A DNA stretch of 64,000 nt from Paraphysomonas bandaiensis (lineage: Eukaryota; Protista; Chrysophyceae), in contig CBFFRP010000181.1 in assembly GCA_965644295.1 (NCBI GenBank), positions 186,001-250,000 of the forward strand, written 5' to 3'. Of the stretch, positions 62,639 through 64,000 are shown piece after piece. Every line of letters starts with the position of its first letter. The first letter of the stretch is position 1. The notes below the pieces were generated by a model. That model ran no database searches and was not told the origin of the DNA. It saw nothing but the letters and a program-made list of their open reading frames with translations. Made by a program: the position numbers and the translations under genes.

Positions 62639-64000
62639 ATGGAAGAATTTGGTGATAGTATGGATGATAAATGGTTGGAGAATGGAGAGTCTGGTGATGA
62701 AGACAATGAAAGAGAGGAAGAGACTATGGTACTTAATCCAGTATCAGTCAGACAGAGAATTGATGTATGTATGATATGATATATCATTATAGTATAATAT
62801 GATATTATAGTCTGCATTGGAAATATTGGGAGACTTCAGTAACCGTCCTGATAAGAGTGTATCTCGTAAGGATATATTGGAAGGTTTATCAAGGTACGTT
62901 CCTGTGATGTTCTAGCAGAGATCTCTCTCTAATTTATCTTATAGAGATCTATCTGAGTATTATGGATATATTCCGGATTTGGTGGATGTGTTACTCGATA
63001 TTTTTTCCCCTGCTGAGTGTGTGGAATATATGGATGCCAGTGACAGACCAAGGCCACTCGTCATACGCGCAAACACACTCAAAGTTACTAGAAAGGATCT
63101 TATGGAAGCTTTGAGCAAGAGAGGTGTTAATTTAGAGGCAATAGAGTGGTCCAAAGTAGCCATCAAAGTGACCGACTCGACCGTTCCTATTGGAGCTACT
63201 CCTGAATACTTGGCAGGTTACTATATGCTCCAGGCAGCAGCATCGCTCAATCCTGTTATGGCTCTTGCTCCTGTTCCGGGAGAAAGAGTCCTTGATATGT
63301 CTGCTGCACCCGGAGGGAAGACCTCCTATATTGCCCAACTCATGAAAAACAGCGGAACTGTAGTTGCCAACGACCTCAAGGCGCAGCGACAGAAGGCAAC
63401 CGTCGCGAACTTACACCGCATGGGTGTCAAGAATGCGATTGTCTGTTGCTATGACGGGCGAAAGATTCCTAAGATTATGCGCGGATTCGATCGCGTACTT
63501 CTGGATGCTCCCTGCTCTGGTTTGGGTATTATATCACGCGATCAGAGTGTAAAGTTGCAGCGATCCGCAAAGGACATTCAGCGCCTGGCCCACCTCCAGA
63601 AAGAACTTCTTTGCGCCGCCGTTGATGCCACGGACCCCAACTCCAAGTCTGGGGGCATTATTGTATACTCGACATGTTCAATATCTACTGAAGAAAATGA
63701 GCAGGTCGTACAGTACATTCTGCAGAAGAGACACGTCCGACTGGTGGAAACTGGCCTTGCTGTAGGACGACCGGGATTCACCAGATACAAGGAGAGGCGC
63801 TTCCACCCCTCACTCGCCCTCACGAGAAGGTTTTATCCCCATGTGCACAACATGGATGGATTTTATGTTGCTAAGCTGCAAAAATATGCGAACGGTCCGA
63901 AGGGTGTTGCCGATGATGACGAGGAGGGCAGCAGCAGCAGTGAAGTGGAAGACGATGACTCGGAGATGGACGAGGAGGAGAATCATGACAGTGGGGTGGA
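62639..64000 (+). CDS. NOP2: rRNA cytosine-C5 methyltransferase NOP2, 3' partial
   Basis: IRANTLK, PIGATPEYLAGYYMLQ, VLDMSAAPGGKT, FDRVLLDAPCSG, VYSTCS, RFYPHVHNMDGFYVAKL; two short 5' introns. Confidence 0.96.

Overview
Gene-dense, AT-rich eukaryotic nuclear DNA with short GT-AG introns and the standard genetic code. Flagellar/basal-body genes (NME7, SPATA17-like, Sfi1-like) and the style of the copia element suggest a flagellated protist, probably a stramenopile (inference). About 21 protein genes are present: GT34-like glycosyltransferase with a helical tail, YbjN-like secreted protein, prephenate dehydratase, BMT5/DUF2431, proteasome RPT5, adenylate-kinase-like, calmodulin-like, EF-hand-like/repeat protein, NME7, MRE11, Sfi1-like, NSE2, FHA protein, Tyr/Asp-rich membrane protein, SPATA17-like, PRP4, cyclophilin, two unknowns, condensin CAP-G, GH5 and NOP2 (partial). 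There is a young full-length Ty1/copia element with identical 265-bp LTRs, non-canonical TA...TT ends and a frameshift inside integrase, plus an older related solo LTR. The most unusual signal is two diverged non-coding elements (17531-18012, 20711-21120). Each has ~30-bp imperfect terminal inverted repeats, its own 7-bp target-site duplication and a block-conserved, apparently co-varying structured core, consistent with an unclassified non-autonomous mobile element or structured-RNA family. Other oddities: a bacterial-type YbjN gene between 545-bp direct repeats, a candidate silicification protein, an 820-bp microsatellite palindrome in a divergent promoter, and a recurrent TACAGCAGTA motif upstream of genes. 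Exon boundaries and identities were judged by eye; no searches were run.
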